DNA of 64,000 nucleotides, taken from assembly GCA_963846575.1 (NCBI GenBank), contig CAWJWJ010000001.1, positions 864,001-928,000 on the forward strand, read 5' to 3'. Source of the stretch: an uncultured Nitrospiraceae bacterium (GTDB taxonomy: Bacteria > Nitrospirota > Nitrospiria > Nitrospirales > Nitrospiraceae). This document shows, one piece after another, positions 58,214 through 64,000 of this stretch; position 1 is the first letter of the stretch, and each line of letters starts with the position of its first letter. Under the pieces are notes generated by a model. That model made no database searches, was not told the DNA's origin, and worked only from the letters and a program-made list of their open reading frames with translations. The position numbers were made by a program, and so were the translations under genes.

Positions 58214-59731
58214 ATGCAGATCAAGGCAGAAGAGATCAGCTCCATCATCAAAGAGAAGATCAAAGGCTTCGACCAACAAGTCGACGTTAGTCAAACCGGC
58301 TCAGTTATCCAGGTCGGAGACGGAATTGCCAAGATCTATGGATTGGACGGGGCGATGGCCGGGGAGATGCTCGAGTTTCCGGGTGGTCTCTACGGTATTG
58401 CGCTCAACCTTGAAGAGGACAACGTCGGAGCGGTGTTGATGGGCGATGACGTGGGGATTAAAGAGGGCGACCCCGTCAAGCGAACCGGTCGAATTGCGGA
58501 AATTCCGGTCGGAGAAGCCTTGGTCGGCCGGGTCGTGAACGCGATCGGCCAACCCATTGATGGCAAGGGACCGATCAACTCCCCGCATTCGTCCCGCATC
58601 GAAATGGTCGCGCCGGGTGTGAACACCCGCCAATCGGTCCGCGAACCGCTGCAAACCGGCATCAAGGCGATCGATGCCATGATTCCGATTGGTCGCGGCC
58701 AACGTGAGTTGATCATCGGTGACCGGCAGACCGGGAAGACGGCCATCGCCGTTGATACGATCATCAATCAGAAGGGCCTCGGCGTATTTTGCATTTACGT
58801 GGCTGTCGGCCAAAAGCGGTCGACCGTGGCCCGCGTGGTGAAAACGCTCGAAGAGAACAACGCGATGGAATACAGCATGGTGGTCGCGGCGACCGCCAGC
58901 GATCCTGCGCCGATGCAATTCCTGGCGCCATTCGCCGGCGCCGCGATCGGGGAATATTTCCGCGATAACGGCAAACATGCGCTGATCGTCTATGATGACT
59001 TGTCGAAGCATGCCGTCGCCTATCGCCAGCTCTCCTTGCTGCTGCGCCGTCCGCCTGGGCGTGAGGCCTATCCCGGCGACGTCTTTTATCTGCACTCCCG
59101 CTTGCTGGAGCGTGCCGCAAAATTGAGCGATAAGCTTGGCGGCGGTAGTTTGACGGCCCTTCCCATTATCGAGACGCAAGCCGGTGACGTGTCGGCCTAT
59201 ATCCCGACCAATGTCATTTCGATCACCGACGGACAGATCTACCTAGGTAGTGACCTGTTCTATTCCGGTATTCGTCCCGCCATCAACGTCGGTCTGTCCG
59301 TCTCCCGTGTGGGCGGCTCCGCACAGATCAAGACGATGAAGCAGGTCGCCGGAACCTTACGATTGGATCTCGCGCAGTATCGTGAAATGGCGGCCTTCTC
59401 TCAGTTCGGAAGCGAACTGGACAAGGCGACGCAGATGCAGCTCGCGCGCGGCGTGCGCATGGTGGAACTGCTGAAGCAGGGTCAATACAAGCCGATGCCG
59501 GTGGCCGATCAAGTGCTGTCAATTTATGCCGGAGTCAACGGATACCTTGACGATGTGCCGGTAGACAAGGTTCTGCAATTCGAGGCGGATCTGCTGCATT
59601 ATGTCGGACAGCACCACCAGGATATGCGGAAAGATCTCGCCACGGTCGGGAAGATCGACGATAAAGTAGGCGCAAAACTGAAAGAGATCATCACAACGTT
59701 CAAGCAGAAAATGGGCTATGGAGGAAAGTAA
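58214..59731 (+). CDS. atpA: ATP synthase F1 subunit alpha
   Basis: [29 protein letters not shown]. Confidence 0.99.
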   Translation: MQIKAEEISSIIKEKIKGFDQQVDVSQTGSVIQVGDGIAKIYGLDGAMAGEMLEFPGGLYGIALNLEEDNVGAVLMGDDVGIKEGDPVKRTGRIAEIPVGEALVGRVVNAIGQPIDGKGPINSPHSSRIEMVAPGVNTRQSVREPLQTGIKAIDAMIPIGRGQRELIIGDRQTGKTAIAVDTIINQKGLGVFCIYVAVGQKRSTVARVVKTLEENNAMEYSMVVAATASDPAPMQFLAPFAGAAIGEYFRDNGKHALIVYDDLSKHAVAYRQLSLLLRRPPGREAYPGDVFYLHSRLLERAAKLSDKLGGGSLTALPIIETQAGDVSAYIPTNVISITDGQIYLGSDLFYSGIRPAINVGLSVSRVGGSAQIKTMKQVAGTLRLDLAQYREMAAFSQFGSELDKATQMQLARGVRMVELLKQGQYKPMPVADQVLSIYAGVNGYLDDVPVDKVLQFEADLLHYVGQHHQDMRKDLATVGKIDDKVGAKLKEIITTFKQKMGYGGK

Positions 59732-59832
59732 GATTTGGTGATGATGTGGTCCGGCGATGTGATCGAGAGTCTGAAGCCGTAGCGTCTCAGCGCATCGGAT
59801 TGCCCAACCTCCACCGTCTGCTTCCGTAAAAT

Positions 59833-60720
59833 ATGCCGAGCTTACAATCTCTCAGGCGAAAAATCGCCGCCTTCAAGAATACGCAAAAAATCACCAAGGC
59901 CATGAAAATGGTTGCGGCTGCGAAGCTGAAGCGTTCGCAGGACCGCATTCTGGCGGCGCGGCCCTACGCCCAAAAAATGCGCGGCGTGTTGCGCAATCTC
60001 AGCCAGCGCGTGAATCGTGCGGCGCATCCGCTCCTGCAAAAACGTGAGGGACGCAAAGTCGAGATCCTCGTCGTCACCAGCGATCGCGGACTGTGCGGGG
60101 GGTTCAACGGCAATATCGTGCGAAAAAGCGCTGAATTCCTCCGGCAATGTGAGGCGCAGGGGTTCTCGGTCAACCTCAGTATTATCGGCCGGAAGGGTCG
60201 TGACTATTTCAGGCGGCGCCCATGGCCGATCCGCCAGGAGTGGGCCGGCGTGTTCGACAAGCTGAGCTTCGAACATGCGATCGACATCGGCGGCGACCTG
60301 ACGGAAAGCTTCGTGAAGGGCACTTTCGATGAACTCTACGTAGTGTATAACGAGTTCAAGTCTGCGATCCAACAACGAGTGATCGTAGAAAAGTTATTCC
60401 CTATTGATGTCGAGACGGAGTTCGCAGAGGCCCAGAATCAGACGCCGGAGTCTGCCATCGGCGGAAGTTATCTCTTTGAGCCGGATGAGGGCGAGCTATT
60501 GAGTGTCCTGGTTCCGAAACATTTTCAGATTCAGGCCTATCGCATCCTGCTGGAATCGGCGGCGGCGGAACATGGGGCGCGCATGGCGGCCATGGATGGA
60601 GCGACCCGGAACGCGGGCCAGCTCATTAAGAAAGTGACCTTGTATTACAACAAGACCCGCCAGGCAGCGATTACCAAAGAACTCATGGACATCGTCGGCG
60701 GCGCTGAAGCCCTGAAATGA
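59833..60720 (+). CDS. atpG: ATP synthase F1 subunit gamma
   Basis: KITKAMKMVAAAK, SDRGLCG, RQAAITKE. Confidence 0.98.
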   Translation: MPSLQSLRRKIAAFKNTQKITKAMKMVAAAKLKRSQDRILAARPYAQKMRGVLRNLSQRVNRAAHPLLQKREGRKVEILVVTSDRGLCGGFNGNIVRKSAEFLRQCEAQGFSVNLSIIGRKGRDYFRRRPWPIRQEWAGVFDKLSFEHAIDIGGDLTESFVKGTFDELYVVYNEFKSAIQQRVIVEKLFPIDVETEFAEAQNQTPESAIGGSYLFEPDEGELLSVLVPKHFQIQAYRILLESAAAEHGARMAAMDGATRNAGQLIKKVTLYYNKTRQAAITKELMDIVGGAEALK

Positions 60721-60752
60721 AATGTGGAATGAGGAATGCTATTTTGCGGTAA

Positions 60753-62231
<1,479 letters not shown>

Positions 62232-62355
62232 CACGACAAGGTAAACGAGCATCCTCGTTGCTCGCCCAACGCGCGGCTTCGGAAAGCCCTCGTTGAAGGT
62301 GCGCAGTACAGAACGCCTCGGTTTCCTTCCCATGCTACAAGGGGAGCGCTAGAAC

Positions 62356-62775
62356 ATGGCAGGAAAGATATTGTTGGAAGTGGTGACGCCGGAGAAAATG
62401 CTTCTGAGCCAGGAGGTCGATGAGGTCATTGCTCCCGGTAGCGAGGGAGAGTTCGGTGTGTTGCCTGGGCATTGTCATTTTCTGTCCAGCCTGCGCATCG
62501 GAGAGCTACGGTACAAGAACGAAGAAGCCTGGCGGTATATGTCGATCCTCTGGGGCTATGCGGAGGTCACGCCGATCAAAGTCACCATCATGGCCGAAGT
62601 CGCGGAGAAGGCGGAGGACATCGATGTCGGACGCGCTCAACAGGCCGTTGAATTAGCCGAACAGCGGCTTCATGCCGGAGGTCTTCCGTCCGAAGTGAGA
62701 GAGGCGGAAATTAGCTTGGAGAAGGCCCGTCTTCGTAAAAAAATCGCAGACCGGGCCCTTCGCGGCCGCGCGTAA
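62356..62775 (+). CDS. atpC: ATP synthase F1 subunit epsilon
   Basis: LEVVTPE, GEFGVLPGH, AEDIDVGRA. Confidence 0.97.
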   Translation: MAGKILLEVVTPEKMLLSQEVDEVIAPGSEGEFGVLPGHCHFLSSLRIGELRYKNEEAWRYMSILWGYAEVTPIKVTIMAEVAEKAEDIDVGRAQQAVELAEQRLHAGGLPSEVREAEISLEKARLRKKIADRALRGRA

Positions 62776-62851
62776 GTCTGCTTTTCTGTCACATGCCGTC
62801 GTTTTTCAATATCTGCTCCTGAAGAGAGAGCTCTCCGCATCAGCCCCTCCT

Positions 62852-63358
62852 ATGCCCAAAGACGTGGTTCTGCTAGCCCTCCTCCTCTGCATCATCGGTA
62901 ATGAGTTCGTGCATGTGTCCTCCAGTCCTGCTCAATCGAGTGCGCCATCAGACTCGAGTCTGTCTGAACTGGACATCAAGGAAGAGATCCGTGAGGTCCT
63001 TCGGCAGTTTATCGATGCCTGGAACGGCGACGATGCGGCGAGGGTGGCGGCTCTGTTCACCGAGGATGGGTCTTTCATTAGTCCGGAAGGCCACACCTAC
63101 AGGGGACGAGAGGCCATCAAGCGTGTGCTCACGGAGGAACATGCTGAGCTTTTTATGGGCACGACCCTCGACGAAACCGTGCGGAGTCTGCGTTTATCCG
63201 CTGTGGATCGCGCGGTCATCAGAGGGGACTTCGAACTTAACGGCGTAAAGACCATGTTCGGCCTCGTGACGCTGAGTCCGCAGGGCTCTTTTCTCTTCCG
63301 TCTCAGGAAAGAGCAGAATCGTTGGTTTCTTCTGGAGGTGTATATTGCGGGGTCATAA
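62852..63358 (+). CDS. Exported NTF2-like (SgcJ/EcaC/DUF4440-type) protein
   Basis: Signal-like N-terminus; FIDAWNGDDAARVAALFTEDG...GREAI. Confidence 0.8.
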   Translation: MPKDVVLLALLLCIIGNEFVHVSSSPAQSSAPSDSSLSELDIKEEIREVLRQFIDAWNGDDAARVAALFTEDGSFISPEGHTYRGREAIKRVLTEEHAELFMGTTLDETVRSLRLSAVDRAVIRGDFELNGVKTMFGLVTLSPQGSFLFRLRKEQNRWFLLEVYIAGS

Positions 63359-63837
63359 GGGAAGGAGCTGAACGTCTAGCCGAGTGCCACCCCGGTCTAC
63401 TGTTTCCTTTCGGATGGGTGAATGTGTTCACGGCCTCTGAAGCGCGGCAGTGCGCGAGATTGATAAGCTATTCCTGCAGGATCCTGGTTTCTTCCGGTTG
63501 GGTGCAGCCACTGAGTCCCTCTTTCCCCTCCTTTCTTGGGTCGTACGCCCATTCGACTGAAACACCTGTGAAGAATTCAAGCCGCGTGTTGTTGCCCACG
63601 CGCCTATGGGCCGGTTCTCTTCATTCACTCAACAGAGAGGCCTATCGAGGGAGACCACCGGCTTGTGAAGGTAGCCGAGTTACTGATACGGAGGAGACCA
63701 TCCGTGAATGCAGCACTGCCAATCGCATTATCTTGACCTAAGCAGGGAGTGAGTGTGCAACGGGGAACCGGGAGTGAGTTCGACTCGTACGATTCCACGC
63801 GAACATCTTCACGACGGAAGTGGCTGGCCTCCAAAGA

Positions 63838-64000
63838 CTAAGGGACCAGCGGAATCTCAATGACCAGCGCGCCCATAACGTCGTCGATCTTGAAATCTTT
63901 TTTGGAACTCTGCGGGTGCGCGTTGTGACAACGAATGCAGGCTTCTGTTACGGCACGGTCGGCATAAATGGCTTGAAAGTACCGTTGACTGTCGATCGTG
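63838..64000 (-). CDS. C-terminus of a DUF3365 (Tll0287-like) c-type haem protein, truncated by window edge
   Basis: Not in the ORF track. Manual translation ...YFQAIYADRAVTEACIRCHNAHPQSSKKDFKIDDVMGALVIEIP* contains CxxCH. Confidence 0.82.
   Translation of the reverse strand, partial: TIDSQRYFQAIYADRAVTEACIRCHNAHPQSSKKDFKIDDVMGALVIEIPLVP

Overview
About 64 kb of moderately GC-rich bacterial chromosome that is mostly core genome. Gene order and protein style suggest Nitrospira/Nitrospirota; this is an inference and was not checked. The left part holds a two-component pair, a three-gene membrane module (Zn-ribbon/ankyrin/TPR, Zn-ribbon-YjgN, M48 protease), an orphan SdhA/FrdA flavoprotein, gcvP and gcvT, nucleoside hydrolase-ribokinase, several small hypothetical genes, and tRNA-Gly(GCC) followed by an integrase scar. 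The middle holds a MoxR-DUF58-transglutaminase triad, tesA-ybbAP-like genes and a pgi-pgl-glk-rpiA-M1 peptidase operon. The right part is rpmH-rnpA-yidD-yidC-mnmE-mnmG-rsmG-parA-parB (with two perfect parS sites), two bactofilins, mnmA and atpHAGDC, but dnaA is not beside rpmH. No CRISPR array, rRNA, intact transposon or prophage was seen. Best novelty candidates: (1) a small secreted Lys-rich tandem-cassette peptide gene with a sigma54-like and IHF-like promoter and its own long 3' hairpin; (2) the Zn-ribbon/ANK-TPR + YjgN + M48 module; (3) an L,D-transpeptidase-like lipoprotein with Ser at the catalytic Cys position; (4) a 58-aa signal-peptide/single-TM microprotein. All calls come from reading the sequence and recognising motifs; no database searches were run.
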